Assembly (NCBI RefSeq): GCF_009914755.1
Contig: NC_060926.1
Direction: 5' to 3' (one strand)
DNA from: the human T2T-CHM13v2.0 reference genome, Homo sapiens
DNA: 64,000 nucleotides
The notes under the pieces are model-generated. The model saw only the letters and a program-made list of their open reading frames with translations. It had not been told where the DNA came from and did no database searches. This document shows positions 1 to 15,337 of this stretch, piece by piece (the first letter of the stretch is position 1; each line of letters starts with the position of its first letter). Made by a program: the position numbers and the translations under genes.

Positions 1-543
1 TTGATAGGTAAGGATTTGCTATTGACATTTTGTTAATTGTTTTCTGACTGTTTTGTATTTCCTTTGTTCCTTTCGTTCTCTCTTGCTGTCTTCCCTTACA
101 ATTTGATTACTTCTGTGGTGACAGGCTCTGATTTCTTTCTCCGAATCTTTTGTATATCTACTACAGGTTTTTTTATTGTGGTTACCATGAGGCTGCATAA
201 AACATTATAGTTATAACAACCAATTTTAAGGTCATACAACTTCATTTGCATATACAAATTGTATACTTTACTTCCCCTCCACACACATTTCAACTTATTG
301 ATGCTACAGTGTAAATTTTTAAATATTATGTATCCATTAACAAATTACTGTGGCTTCAAAAATACATTTGTCTTTCACTCTTTTACTAGAGTTGAAAGCA
401 GTTTATGCACAATTACAATATTACAGAATTCTGAATTTAACTATACTTTTTTTGCTAATGAGCTTTGTACAGTCATGTTTTTACATTTTTAATTAGCATC
501 CTTTTCTTTTCAGTTTGAAGAACTTCCTTTATTATTTTTTTCC

Positions 544-845
544 TTTTTTTTTTTTTTTTTGAGACAGAGTCTCACTCTGTTGCCCAGACTGGGATGCAGT
601 GGCATGATCTCAGCTCACTGCAATCTCTGCCTCCCAGGTTCAAGCAATTCTCTTGCCTCAATCTCCTGAGTAGCTGGAATTATAGACATCTGCCACCACC
701 CCTGGCTAAAGTTTTTTGTATTTGTAGTAGAGACGGGGTTTCGCTATGTTGGCCAGGTTGGTCTCAAACTCCTGACCTCAAGTGATTCACCTACTTCAGC
801 ATCCCAAAGTGCTGAGATTACAGGCATGAGCCACCAAACCTGGTC
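544..845 (-). mobile_element. AluS (Sx-like)
   Basis: Poly-T followed by a full antisense Alu dimer. Confidence 0.92.
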
Positions 846-859
846 AATTTTTTCCTATT

Positions 860-1010
860 ATTTTTGAGACAAAGTCTTTCTCTGTTGCCCATGTGAAGTG
901 CAATGGCACAATCACAGCTCATCGTAGCCTCGACCTCCCAAGCTCAAGTGATCCTCCCACCTCAGACTCCCAATGTGCTGGGGCTACAGGCATGAACCAC
1001 TGTACCTGGC
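860..1010 (-). mobile_element. Alu monomer/AluJ fragment
   Basis: Single antisense Alu arm (GCTCAAGTGATCCTCCCACCTCAG). Confidence 0.75.
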
Positions 1011-4000
1011 ATCTTTATTATTTCTTGTAAGTCAAGTCTAGTGGTATTGAATGCCTCCAGTTTTTGTTTGTTTGGTAAAGTCTTCATCTCTCTTTCATTT
1101 CTGAAGAACAACGTTGCCAGATAAAGCATTCTTGGTTGACAGTTTTCCCCCCTTTCAGCACTTTGAATATATCATCCCACTCTGTCCTGGCCTGCAAAGT
1201 TTCTGCTCAAAAATTGTCTGATAGTCTTATGGTACTTTACTTGTATGTGATGTGAGTCAATTTTTTTTTCCTGATTTCAAAATTTTCTCTATCTTTGTCT
1301 TTTTGACAACTTAATTATACTGTGTCTCAGTGTATTCCTTTTCTGGTTCAAACTATTTGGGGATTTTTGCACCTTATGAATCTAGATGTCCATTTCTCTC
1401 CCCAAATTTGGGGAGTTTTCAGCCATTTCTGGACTCTCTGTTCTTGCCTATTGGTCTGTTTATCTGTTTTTTCAACAACACCACACTATCTGGAATACTA
1501 TAGCTGTATAGTAAGTCTTGAAATTGGGTAGTGTCAGTCCTTTAACTTTGTTCTTCTCCTGCAATATTGAGTTGACTGGGTCTTTTGCCTCTGCATATAA
1601 ACTTTAGAATCGGTTTGCTGATATTCATAAAATAACTTGCTGAGATTTTTATTGAGATTGCATTAAACCTATAGATCAAGTTGAAAAGAATTGATATATG
1701 TTTTTAATTTCAAATTCCTCTTGTTCATTGCTGGTATATAAGAAAGCAATTGACTTTTGTATATTAACTTTGTATTTTGCAAGCTTTCTATAATCATTTA
1801 TAAGTTCCAGGAGTTTTTGTTGTTGACTCTCAGATTTTTTATGTAAGAAATCATGTTATCTTCAAACAAAGAAAATTTTACTTGTTTAATCTCAGTCTCT
1901 ATAATATTTATTTATTTCATTTTCTTCTTTAATTGTGTTAGCAAGGACTACCAGTACAATGTTGAAAAGCACTGATGAAAGAGGACATGCTTGCCTTATT
2001 CCCAATCTTAGTCACCATTAAGTATAATGTTAGATATAGGTTTCTGTAGCTATTTTTTACCAAGCTGAGGAAATTCGCACTCTATTCCTAGTTTGCTGAG
2101 AATTTTTATAATGAATGGGGGTTAGATTTTTATCAAATGCTTTTTCTGCACCTATTAATATGATTATGTGATTTTTTTTCTTTTGCTTTTTGATGTGATG
2201 AATTACATTAATTGGTTTTCAAATGTTAAATCAGCCTTGCATACATGGGATAAATTCCAATTGGTCATATTGTATATTTCTTTTTTTAAATTATTGGATT
2301 CAATTTGCTAATATTTTATTGAGGAGTTTTGCATTTATAAATTCATGAGAGGTATTGGTCTTCAGTTTTCCTTTCTTGTAATGTCTATGTGATTTTTGTC
2401 TTAGGGTAATGCTGGTCTCATAGAAAGAGTATTCCCTCTGTTTCTCTCCTTAGGAAGAGATTGCAGAAAATTGATGTAATTTCCTTCTTAAATATTTTGT
2501 AGAATTCACCAGTGAACCCATCTGTCATGGTAGGTTCATGACAGATGAGTCATTTCTTTTTTAGAATATTATTATTGATTTAACTTCTTTAATAGCTATA
2601 GACGATTTAGATTGTCTATTTCTTCATGTTTGGGTTTTGAAAACTTGTGTCTTCCAAAAAATGGGTCTATTTCATCTAGGTTATCAATTTATTGAGTATA
2701 GAGTTGATCATAATATTTATTTATTATCATTTTAATGTCTATGGGGTCTGTACTGATGTTTCGTCTTTCATTTTTGATACTAATATTTGTGTCTTCCTTC
2801 TTTTTTTCTTAGCCTGGCTAGAGGCTTATCAGTTGTATTGATCTTTTAAAAAAAACCAGCTTCTGGCCTTTTGCTTCTGGTTTTGCTGGTTTTTCTCTGT
2901 TGATTTCCTGGTTTTAAATTTCACTGATTTCTGCACTTATTTTTTACTATTTCTGCTTACTTTGGATTTAATTTTTATTCTTTTCCTAGTTTCCTAAGGT
3001 GGAGATTTAGATTATTGAATCTTTCCTTTTTCTAATATATGCTTTCAATGCTATAAATTTCCTTCTAAGCACTGCTTTCACGTCATTCCCCAAATTTTGA
3101 TAAGTTGTATTTTCATTTCCATTTAGTTCAAAATATCTTTAAACTTCTCTTGAAATTTCTTCTTTGACCACGTGTTATTTAGAAACATGTTGTTTAATCT
3201 CCAAGTATTTGGGGATTTCCCAGCTACCTTTTTGTTGTCAATTTCTAGTTTAATTCCACTGTGGTCTGAGGGCAGACATTTTTTAATTTCTGTAATTTTA
3301 AATTTCTAAAGGTGTATTTTCAGCAGCCCAGAATTTGATCTATCTTGATAAATGTTCCATGTGAATTTAAGAAAAATGTGTAAACTGTTGTTGTTGGATG
3401 TAGTAGTCTATAGATGTCAATTATATACAGTTGACTGATGGGGCTGTTGAGTTAAATTATGTCCTTATTGATTTTCTGCCTGCTGGATCTGTTCATTTCT
3501 GACAGAGTGTTAAAGTCTGTAAGTACAAGAGTGAATTCATCTATTTTTCCTTGCAGTTCTATCAGTTTTTGTCTCACATATTTTGACAATCTGTTGTCAT
3601 ATATGTTAAAGTTTTTATATCTCCTTGGAGAACTGACCTCTTCATCATTATATAATGCTCCTCTTTATCCCTGATAACTTTCCTTGCTCTGAAGTCTGCT
3701 CTGTCTGAAATTAATATAGCTACTTTTACTTTTTAAATTAGTATTAGCATGGTATATCTATCTTCCTTCTTTTACTTTTAATCTATATATGTCTTTGTAT
3801 TTAAAGTGGAATTCTTGCAGACAACGTGTAGTTGGGTCTTTTTTTTTAATCTACTCATCAATCTCTGCCATTCAATTGGTTTATTTAGACTATTGACACT
3901 TAAAGTGATTATTAATATAGTTGGATGAATATCTACTACATTTTTACTGTTTTCTATCTGTTGCCATTTTTCTTTGTTTTTATTTTTGTCTTCCATAGTT

Positions 4001-5979
4001 TTTCTGCCTTTTGTTGTTTTAATTTAGTATTTTATATAATTCCATCTTCTCTCCTTTCTTAGCATATTAGTCACGCTTCATCATGCTTCTTTTTTTTCTC
4101 TTTTAGTGGTTGTCTTAAAGTGTGCAATATACATTCACAACAAATCCAAGCCCACTTTAAAAAAACACTACACAACTTCACCATAGTGCAATTTCTTTTT
4201 TTTTCTTTTTGTTTTTTGAAACAGGGTCTTGCTCTGTCACAATTTATTGTCTGTTATTCTTTGTAATAAGAGGATATTTCCAATTCTTCCCTTCCCTCCC
4301 TTGCCTCATTGCTGTCATTCATTTTACTTATATGTAAACATATCTATATTTATATCTATAAAATTGAATACATTGTTGATATTATTTTGAACAAATTGTT
4401 GTGTTAGATTAATTAAGAATAAGTAAAATAAGTTTTTATTTTACTTTCACTTACACATTCCCCCATGCTGTTCCTTTATGTTGATTTGAATTTCTGACCT
4501 ATATAATTTTTCTTCTCTCTAAAGAACTTTTCTTAACATTTCTTGCAAGGCAGGTATATTTGCAGCAAATGTCCTCATTTTTGTTTTGCTGAGAAATTAT
4601 TGATTTTTCTTTCAGTTTTGGGAATAATTTTATAGGGTACAAAATTCAGGGTTGATGGGGTTTTTTTCTTTAATTCTTTAAATGTTTCACTCCACTCTCT
4701 TCTTGCTTGTATAGTTTTCGGGGAGATGGAGACAATTCTTACCTTTGCTCCTCTCTAGGTAAGGAGTTTTTACTCTGGCTTCTTTCAAAAATTTTAAAAA
4801 ATCTTTGATTCTCTGAAATTTGAAATATAAAATGCCCAGATTTTGTTTGGCAATTATCCTGCTTGGTGTTCTCTGAGGTTCCTGGATCTATGGTTTGGCA
4901 TCTGACATTAATTTAAGGAAATTCTCAGTCATTATTGCTTCCAGTATTTCTTCTGTTCCTTTTCCCTTTTTTCTCCATCTGGTATTTGCATTAAACAAAT
5001 GGTATACCTTTTTTTAGTTGTCCTACAGTCCTTGGATATTCTGTTCTGTTTTTTCAGTCTCTTTTCTCTTTGCTTTTCTGTTTTGGGAGTTTCTGTTGTC
5101 ATATATCTTCAAGCTCACAGATTATTTCCTCAGGAATGTCCAGTCTACTGATAAGCCCATGAAAGGCATTTTTCATTTCTGCTACAGTATTTTTTATCTC
5201 TAGTACATCTTTTTACTCTTTTTTAGAATCTCCATCTCTCTGCTAACATTATTTACCTGTTCTTGCATGTTGTCTCCTTTATCCATTAAAGCTCTTAGCA
5301 TACTAGTAATTATTTGTTTTAATTCCTGGTTAAATATCAACATTTCTGATGTATCTAACTCTGGTTCTGATGCTTGTCAGTCTCTTCAAACCATACTTGT
5401 TGCCTTTTTGGATACCTTATAATTTTTCTGTTAAAAGGTAGACATGATTCGTGGGGTAAAATGATGTATAGGGTAAATAGGCCTTTAATAATATGGTAGT
5501 AAGGCAAAGTGGTTTTCTATATTCCTGTGATTAGTTCTCAGTCTTTTAGGGAGGCTGTGCCCCTGAACTATGACCTTTACCAGTGCTTCTCAGTTTTCTG
5601 CCCTCTCCCTGTGAGACAGGATGGGTGGAAAAAGTTGGAGTTGGGTATTTCTCCTTTTCCATGTGGAAAACTGGAGTTGTGCATTTCTCTTCCCCTTGGT
5701 GGGTAAGGCTCTGATTAAACCCCAGCAGATTCGGGTCTGATAAAATAGTTTCTCCTGAGGACAGGCCTTGTTAAGAAGAACAGAATATGGAGGTTTCTGT
5801 TTGTGGGTGTCTATTCTAGTAAATTGTGATTCTCTGTGTTCCCCTGCCGGTCTTTCCAATTTTGAAGTTTTCCCTGTGTCCTCACTCCTCTTACAGATAC
5901 AAGAAGAGTTGTTGGTTTTTTAGATTCTTCAGCTTTTTACTTCTTTTGCTTATTTTAACAAGAGTACTAATACCAAGTG

Positions 5980-6560
5980 TCAGCAAGTGTCAGTGAGAGT
6001 AAAAAATGATGCAACCACTTTAGACAAACAATCTGACAGTTTCTTATAAAGTTGAATATATACTTATCATAGAACCCATCAATTTCACTTTTAGGTACTT
6101 ACCCAAGAAAAATGAAACCTATGTTCTCACAAAGACCAGTACATAAACGTTCATAGTAGCTTTATTCATAATAACCAAAAGTTGTGAACAGCCTAAATGT
6201 AACCTACTGATACAGGCAATACAAATCAATCTGAAAACATGATGTTGTGTGAAAGAAGTCAGACACAAAAGAGTACATATTTTGTAATTGAATTTATATC
6301 AAATTCTACAACAGACAAAACTAATCTATTGTGGTGTAAAGTACATCAGTGTTTTCCGAGGGTCTGTAGGGGAGGGGATTGAATGCAAAGGAACATGAAG
6401 AAACTTTCTGGGTGATGTAGATGTTTTTATATCCTGATTGTGGTGATGGTAGTTCCACAGATGTACAGATTTGTAAAACTCATCTAAATGTACGCTTAAA
6501 ATGGGTGCATTTTATTCATGTAAATTATACCTTGATAAAGTTGATTTTTTAAAAAAAGTA
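5980..6560 (+). mobile_element. L1M 3' end fragment
   Basis: L1MB/ME-type 3' motifs (TTCATAGTAGCTTTATTCATAATA, GTAAATTATACCTTGATAAAG). Confidence 0.75.
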
Positions 6561-7029
6561 AGTTCTCATGGTAACTGAGAAACTATGACAATAATCTAAT
6601 TCTCCATACCACTGTGATATACTCAAGTCTAACTTACCAATGATAAATTAACCCCTTACACTTGAAGGCATTTAAGTAACTAGCTTCCTTTATTAATGAA
6701 CTGAAATAACTTCCTATAATACCATCAGTAAAATAATTACATTCATTTCTCTTTCAGACTTACTAAATAAATGCTACTACTTTCAAATACACCAAGGAAT
6801 AAAAGAATTTATATTTAAAGTGTTTGGAGAGTAAACATTTTACAGTATTTATAACATTCCCTAAGTAAATAAAGCATTTAAAAATTACTTCCTTTATGTT
6901 TTAAATATGCTGTATTATGTTGAATGGCCTTTAAACACAAAACCCAGCACATGAGAAGTTCCAAGGTGTCATCTAGGTCTTCACTTCTGTGTCTGCTCTG
7001 AGTTGTTACAGAAAATTGCCTACACTTGG

Positions 7030-7305
7030 GGAACGCGGCGCCCCGGCCGCCGCAGAGCCGAGCCGAGCCAGGCGAGCCCCCGCGGCGCCCAAGCGCGGGC
7101 CCCCCAGCCGCCGCCGGGCGCGGCATTTTTATTCAAGCGAGATAACGGAGCCCGGCCGCGCCCGGTGCATTGTGGGAACGGCCCGCGGCCCGTTTTCGGG
7201 AGGAGGCGGAGGGCGCGAAGCGAGCTGGTGGATCCGTAAAGAACCCAGCCAACCCCCAGAGGGAGGGGAGGGGCTGAGCTGTGAGGAGAGCGGGGCACAA
7301 GAACC

Positions 7306-7320
<15 letters not shown>
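7030..7320 (+). promoter_or_regulatory. CpG-island-like segment (retrocopied SEPHS1 5' UTR)
   Basis: About 35 CpGs by hand count in 7031-7240, in an otherwise CpG-poor window. Regulatory activity not shown. Confidence 0.55.
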
Positions 7321-8788
<1,468 letters not shown>

Positions 8789-10888
8789 TCTAGACAGAAA
8801 TAGCTGTTTGGTTTTGTTTTTAAATAGACCTATTTCCTTTATCATCACTTCAATTAAAGACTATAAACAACAGAAATCTCATTGTGTCTACACATCGGGT
8901 GACCTTAGGTCGGTTTGTAAGTGGATACAATTAATAAAATAAAATCCGTCACCTTTTTTTCCTGTTACATTAACTGAAGATGCACCCAATCTTGAGGCAG
9001 CTTCTGAGTTGAGAATTATATTGTTATCCAATACTGTTGATTCATTTTGAATCTTTAGACACTTATCTCTTGCTGCATAGGCTCTTTTTAAAGGTGCTTT
9101 CACATAGCACAGACATTACCAGTAGTCTTGTCAAATAGCAGTTGGTGTCTTCATTTTATGTATATTTATCATAAGTCTGATTTTTTTTAAGCGTCTTGAA
9201 TGGTTTTCTGGAGAGACAGCATTGATAAGTGGCACATGACGGTATCTCAGTCATAAGAGGGTTGCATGATTCCTTTGAATGTTTGATTTGGAAAAGCCTA
9301 GTCTTGTCTCTCAAGAGCATCTCAGACCCAGAACATTCTCTAGTAGTGCACTCAGTTAAACAGGGCAAGTGCTTCACTGCATGGAAAACACTTTGAAGAG
9401 ACAAAAAAGAAATCTTATTTCTTTTTTGTAGCCTTTCTGATATTTACAATAATACCACTAACTGTTTTCTTTATCGATAGCAAAGAACGATACTTTTTGC
9501 AATGTAATTAGATGTTCTATAGTGCTACAAGGAAATGCCTTCCAAAAGGAGGCTCATGTATAATACTCATTTACAAAATATATAATTACGCAAATAAATT
9601 TTAAATATAATCAATAATAAAGACTGTTCTGTGGATGTTAGTGTTTAATACATTTTCTATTTTGTACAGTGATTTCAGGCCTTTTGTTTTCTTGAAATCA
9701 GCAGATATTTAGCCTAATTCTTAGCATTATTTTGTCCTTTGCACCAGTACTTTTTTGTGCACGCTTTTTGTGATCTGTGTTAAAAACCTGCATGGCCAAC
9801 ATTGCAGCTCCAACTTAAACTTGTTATTCAAATAAATATTTAATTTTTTAAATTGCTCTTGTATAATCAGATTCCCCTTTTAGTATTATTTTAGAAGCAT
9901 TGGGAGGGTTTTGCCTAAAGTACAATTTATTGGGAAAAACTAGATTTTAGTTTTATAAAACTTTTAAGTCTTTCATGGGACCTATATTTAGGTGTTATCT
10001 GTGTTGCATAAAGTGGAGGCTTCCTTATATTTTAACCTACTAAGCAATTGAGGGATTCCTGTCATTAAGCACAAGCACTGGATCCTCAAGTGCCCATCTT
10101 CATCAGAGAAAAAATAGCACATCCTGCACGTTTCTGGTGCTTCCTGCTCACAGGCACCAAAGCCGCACACATAAACTGACTTACTGCCAAAGGAAATGAC
10201 CCCCTGCGAAGATGGAGCTCCTGGAAGAGGCTTTAACTTGGATGCGCCCTCGTCCAGGAACCAGCGGGAAGGGCAGCCTTTATGCGTGTGTAACTAGACC
10301 TTCAGCCATAAGCATGGTGCGCAGCATGGAAGAGCCTGCTATGGAACTGAAATTGATTGAACATTTTATAGGAATTGATACAGATGTTGGTCCTAAAAAG
10401 CTACAAACCAGTGGTCTGCAAAATAAAATGTGTTGGAAACCTCTGAGTAAGAAAAAAGAAAAAGAAAATTGCCTACATTTGTTATTTCAGAGTTCATGAA
10501 ACTGTACAAATTCTATTCACAATTTTGTGGGGGTAAAACATATGAGCCCAATAAGAATGATTTTTATTTAAATCATAAAGAATTCATTGAAAATTATTAA
10601 CAATAACTTATATAATATTTTGATGCTATAGAAGAAAAAGGACAACCCAACAATTAACACATACTCTTGGGTTTTAAAGATTAGCCTCAAAAGATAAGAT
10701 ATTGTTACCATCTTATGCAAACAAATCTTATCATTTCCTTGGACATATCCTGAGTAGAATACAAACCCTTATGGTACCATCTAATAGGGTTTAAGATTTT
10801 AACACCAAAATAAATTCTTCATTTATTAAAATTTTATAACAAAACAACATTCTTTTCAAAAGGATTCAATCATAAAAAGGAAAGGAGA

Positions 10889-11110
10889 CAGGCTGGGAAA
10901 CATGGCGAAAACCCATCTCTACAAAAAATACAAAAATTAGCTGGGTGTAGTGGCACACACCTGTATTCTCAGCGACTTGGGAGGGAGGTGGGAGGATCAC
11001 CTGAGCCCAGGAGGTCAAGACTGCAGTGAGTCGTGATTGTGCAACTACATTCCAGCCTGGGTGACAGAGAGAAACCCTTTCTCAAAAAAAAAAAAAAAAA
11101 AAAAAAAAAA
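10889..11110 (+). mobile_element. AluJ, 5'-truncated
   Basis: AluJ-type right arm (GGAGGATCACCTGAGCCCAGGAGG), long poly-A, short flanking repeat AAAGGAGA. Confidence 0.85.
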
Positions 11111-13095
11111 AGGAGAACCGAAAGAGGAGAAAAATCTTACAGAGAATGTCAGTTTCAGGATTATGTTCTAGTGACCTGAATCTATACATTCATCGACAGA
11201 GACGTGACTCCCACAGTTTGTTTTGCAGATAGCTGTAAAGTAATTACACAAATTGCACCAAGTTCTTTCCAGATGAACTGAACACTTAGAACTAGAGAGT
11301 GTTGCCAATTTGATCAGAAATTAGATGTGATTCTGAGATTGAGAAAATTGCAGAAATATGATTTTTGAGATTTTGAGAAAATAATTCTTCTCTTCTTCAA
11401 GCTGTACAATGGGATCTATAGACAAAGCAAACTCTTCTATCTATACAGAAGAATGTTATCTCTGAGACTTTTGAATATCTATTTTTGAATTATACATAAT
11501 CAGGAAACTCAGGGCTTATCTTCCTTCAAAACTCCTCCACTAAAATAGAATGATTTACTGGAAAGTTACTTGCCATATTCTGCATCTTCAAAGACGAGAT
11601 CTCCTTTATTTCTCTACCACAAAGTGTTCTTTAGAATTTTTCATTGTATCGATATAAATTGATGCCAGTCATTACTACACGAAAGATGAAACTGCAACCT
11701 CTACACAAGTCCAAGTAACAGGATTCACACAGGAAGAGACGGATACACTGACGTGCTCTTCAGTGACTGATGGACTGTGTTTTCTGTTTAAAAAAAAAAA
11801 AGTACTATAATTGAACAAGCCCCCAGAGCATTAAAAAAAAAGTGTAAAAATAAATATAAGGAGAGTAACTAACAAATTTAAAAATATATAATCAATAAAG
11901 ATCGGTGATATTGTAGCATTTCAAGATAAAACTACATCTTCAACTATTTTTAAAATGTTTTCCATTTGGCAGAACCCCAAATGGGCTTTGCCAAGCACTT
12001 TTTCTTCTTAATTTTTAAATGCGTATGTATTTCAAGGAAAATTTAATCCATATGTTCTTCTCTCATTTACACAATTTATCAAAATGTTGCTTTGAATGAG
12101 CCATTTAATGTCTAAGAAAACTGAAGAACACTTCTTTTTCCCCCAATACAAGATTTTAGCTTTTTTCTTCCTGAATTAAATATGTGTTCAGTACTACCTA
12201 CAGAGCTAATTGAAAAATATTCAATTCTGCTTTAATATCCAGAACCAAAAGTCTAATAAAATTTGAAATAACAGAAAAGCATAAAATCCATTATAATACT
12301 ATACTTTTAAGCTTCAAAAGCCTCCATTATTCACACGGTTCCTATAAATCACAGAATACTGGAACTTAAAGATATCTTAGAAATGACAAGTTTTTTTCTC
12401 TCACTTTAAAAACTAGGAAACTGAGTCCCCAAAAAGCCAAAGAATATGCCAAAAATCACAAAACTAATTAATGGCGGAGCCAAGGCATGTGTCTTCCCAT
12501 TGGAATTACTTCTTTGGTTTTTTTAAATTTTAATTATGATTTTATTCTATAACATATAACAGTGTCAGCATAATACTAGATTATGAAAAAACAGTGGAGC
12601 TCATTTCTGCATAAAATTTACTCGCCTGCTGCCAATAGCCTGGACAACCAGTAGGCTAGGAATCAATGGCCCAATTCGCCATATAATCCTAGTCATATCT
12701 ATCTTTACTATGCCCATAAAGGGAAGTGATGAATCTGTTTAAAAGAAAAATTAAGTCCAAGTACACTCTCAACATTTACCAGCAAGATGCTACAGGAAAA
12801 CACGCTGATTATGTTAACTGATAAGAATATTTCTTCTTCCCTTCCTTATCCTCTCCTTCCTTCTACTTCTCTTTCCAGAGGGGATCATTTTGGGATACAC
12901 AGAAACCTGGGGATGGGCATACCATGGAGTCTGGAGGGGCTCAGTAGTGACATGAGCCCATGGGATGGGATCAAGATACACCTTTGCTTCAGCCTCCGTC
13001 ACCAGTGTCTTTAGACACCCCAGTTTCTTCAGCTAGGCAAAAAGGCACACAGGAATAAAAGACTGCTATCCCCAGGGAAATGAAAGTAGAGAACA

Positions 13096-13412
13096 AGCCA
13101 GGCATGGTGGCTCATGCTTGTAATACCAGCATTTTGACAGGCCGAGGCAGGCAGATTACCTGAGGTCAGGAGTTCAAGACCAGCCTGGCCAATGTGGTGA
13201 AACCCCGTCTCTACTAAAAATACAAAAAAATTAGCTGGGGTGGTGGTGCACACTTGTAATCCCAACTATTCAGGAGGCTGAGGTAGGAGAATCACTTGAA
13301 CCAGGGAGGCAGAAGTTGCAATGAGCCGAGATCGTGCCATTTGCATATCAGCCTGGGCAACAAGAGCAAAACTTCGTCTTAAAAAAAAAAAAAAAAAAGA
13401 ATAAAGAAAGAA
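13096..13412 (+). mobile_element. AluS (Sq/Sp-like)
   Basis: Full dimer with GGGCAACAAGAGCAAAACT, poly-A, flanking AGAGAACA repeat. Confidence 0.92.
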
Positions 13413-13679
13413 AGAAGAGAACAGAGAGGATTATGGCTTCTTTTTGTCAGGTCAGGAGGCAGTCATAAACTACAGACCACAAATCACAATCAAAAGAACT
13501 TTGTAAGGTCCTGTTACCTCATAACTAACTAATGTTTAGATTGTGTTACTCTGTTTTGTAGCAGTAATTACCAGCAAAACCCTATTTTTTTCTAATGTGA
13601 TGGGAAAGGGCATATAGTATGTGCCTGCCTTTTAGGAGTAACAAAGGAGAAATCTGGGAGAAACCAAAATGACATAGTG

Positions 13680-13860
13680 CAGAGCAGCTCAGTCACTTCC
13701 TTGTGATTTAACCTGCTAAAGTTACTTAACCTGTATCTCAGTTTCCTCACCTATAAATATGGAATAATATAGGACCTACTTCACAAGGATTAGCAAAATA
13801 ATGCATGTAAAGCACTAAAGACAGTGTTTGCATATAACAAGTGTTCAATAAAAATAATTG
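13680..13860 (+). mobile_element. MIR
   Basis: MIR core (GTTACTTAACCTGTATCTCAGTTTCCTCACCTATAAA). Confidence 0.7.
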
Positions 13861-14288
13861 TGGTTGCTCCATCATCTTTTTAAACTAAAATAGGAAAACA
13901 AGCTGAATTTCTAGGACTTGTGGCAAATAAAGAAAAAACGCACACACAGGAAGATAATTTAGGACTGATAAGGAAGGACCCCTGAGTCTAAGCAATCAAA
14001 GAGCTATTACAGATTTGCTGAATTCTAGACCCAACTGTATACTCTAAACAAAAAACAAGGACTCAATTAATGGTACTATAGCACATGCCCATGTTACGCA
14101 TACATGTGGCATTTGAAAAATGGTCACACTGCCTTTTTCTCTCTTGACATCCAACTGTCAAAAAGAACTTCATATATTCAATGATTGGACAGCCATTAGA
14201 ATCCAATGCAAAACACTCACAACTCTCCTCAGAACTCTTGGTTTTAGAAATGGTAGCTTTGGCAATAACCTTAATGATGTGATACCTT

Positions 14289-14580
14289 GGTCCAGGGTGG
14301 TGGCTCACACCTGTCATCCCAGCACTTTGGGAGGCCGAGGTGGGCAGATCACAAGGTCAGGAGTTCGAGACCAGCCTGACCAACATGGTGAAGCCCCGTC
14401 TCTACTAAAAATACAAAAATTAGCCAGGCATGGTGGTGCATGCCTGCAATCCCAGCTACTCAGGAGGCTGAGGCAGAATTTCTTGACCCCAGGAGGCGAG
14501 GTTGCAGTGAGTGGAGATTGCGCCACTGCACTCCAGGCTGGGCAACAGAGCAAGAGTCCATCTCAAAAAAAAAAAAAAAA
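14289..14580 (+). mobile_element. AluS (Sg/Sc-like)
   Basis: Full dimer. TSD GTGATACCTT at 14279-14288 and 14581-14590. Confidence 0.92.
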
Positions 14581-15008
14581 GTGATACCTTTGGGGATCTA
14601 GTGAAGTGGAGTTGCTTTTCCTTGGTGGAGTTTTTCTCTTTTGTCTATACTATGATTCGTCAGACCAGGTGTAAATACATTGGAAAGCACACTGGCTTGA
14701 GGAGTGGGGACTGTGATTGCAACCTAAGTGCCACTCTGAAGATGACATTCTATTCCTAGGAGGCTTTTTTCTATGTAAAAATGAGGTTAAATTTGGTGAT
14801 CATAAATGCCCCTACCACTCTAACATTTTATGGACTTATAATGATACAGTTATAAAATAGTGAGTTGGTTTTCCTGTCCATTATTACTCTAACTTCAGAA
14901 CTGGTTTTTATATAGCACCTTTCTTTGAAAGGTCTAGGCATTGTGTACAGACGACCAAGAAAATGGAGAGGAATGTTGAGATAAAATATACCTTAGAGTT
15001 GGATCTGG

Positions 15009-15337
15009 GGCTGGACATGGTAGCTCATCCCTGTAATCCCAGGACTTTGGGAGGCCAAGATGGGAGGCTCGTGAGACAGCAAGAATTGGAGACTAGCCAG
15101 GGCAACATAGTGAGACCTCGTCTCTACAAAAAACAAACAAACAAACAAACAAACAAAAAACAACAATACATTAGCTGGGTGTGGTGGCATGCACGTAGTG
15201 GGAGGACTGCTTGAGCCTGGGAGGTCGAGGCTTCAGTAAGCTGAGATTGCACCACTGCACTCCAGCCTTGGCAACAGAGTGAGACCCTGTCTCAAGAAAA
15301 CAAAACAAAATAAAAATAAATAAATAAATCAAAGAAA
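15009..15337 (+). mobile_element. AluJ with internal (AAAC)n
   Basis: AluJ-type arms with a right-arm deletion. TSD TAGA(G/A)TTGGATCTGG on both sides. Confidence 0.88.

Larger units (their letters stand above)
1..5950 (-). mobile_element. Old L1M (L1MB/MC/MD-like) fragments, several nested pieces
   Basis: T-rich antisense L1 ORF2/ORF1-like sequence throughout (e.g. TAGAATTCACCAGTGAACCCATCTG, GGACATGCTTGCCTTATTCC). Internal boundaries approximate. Confidence 0.8.
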
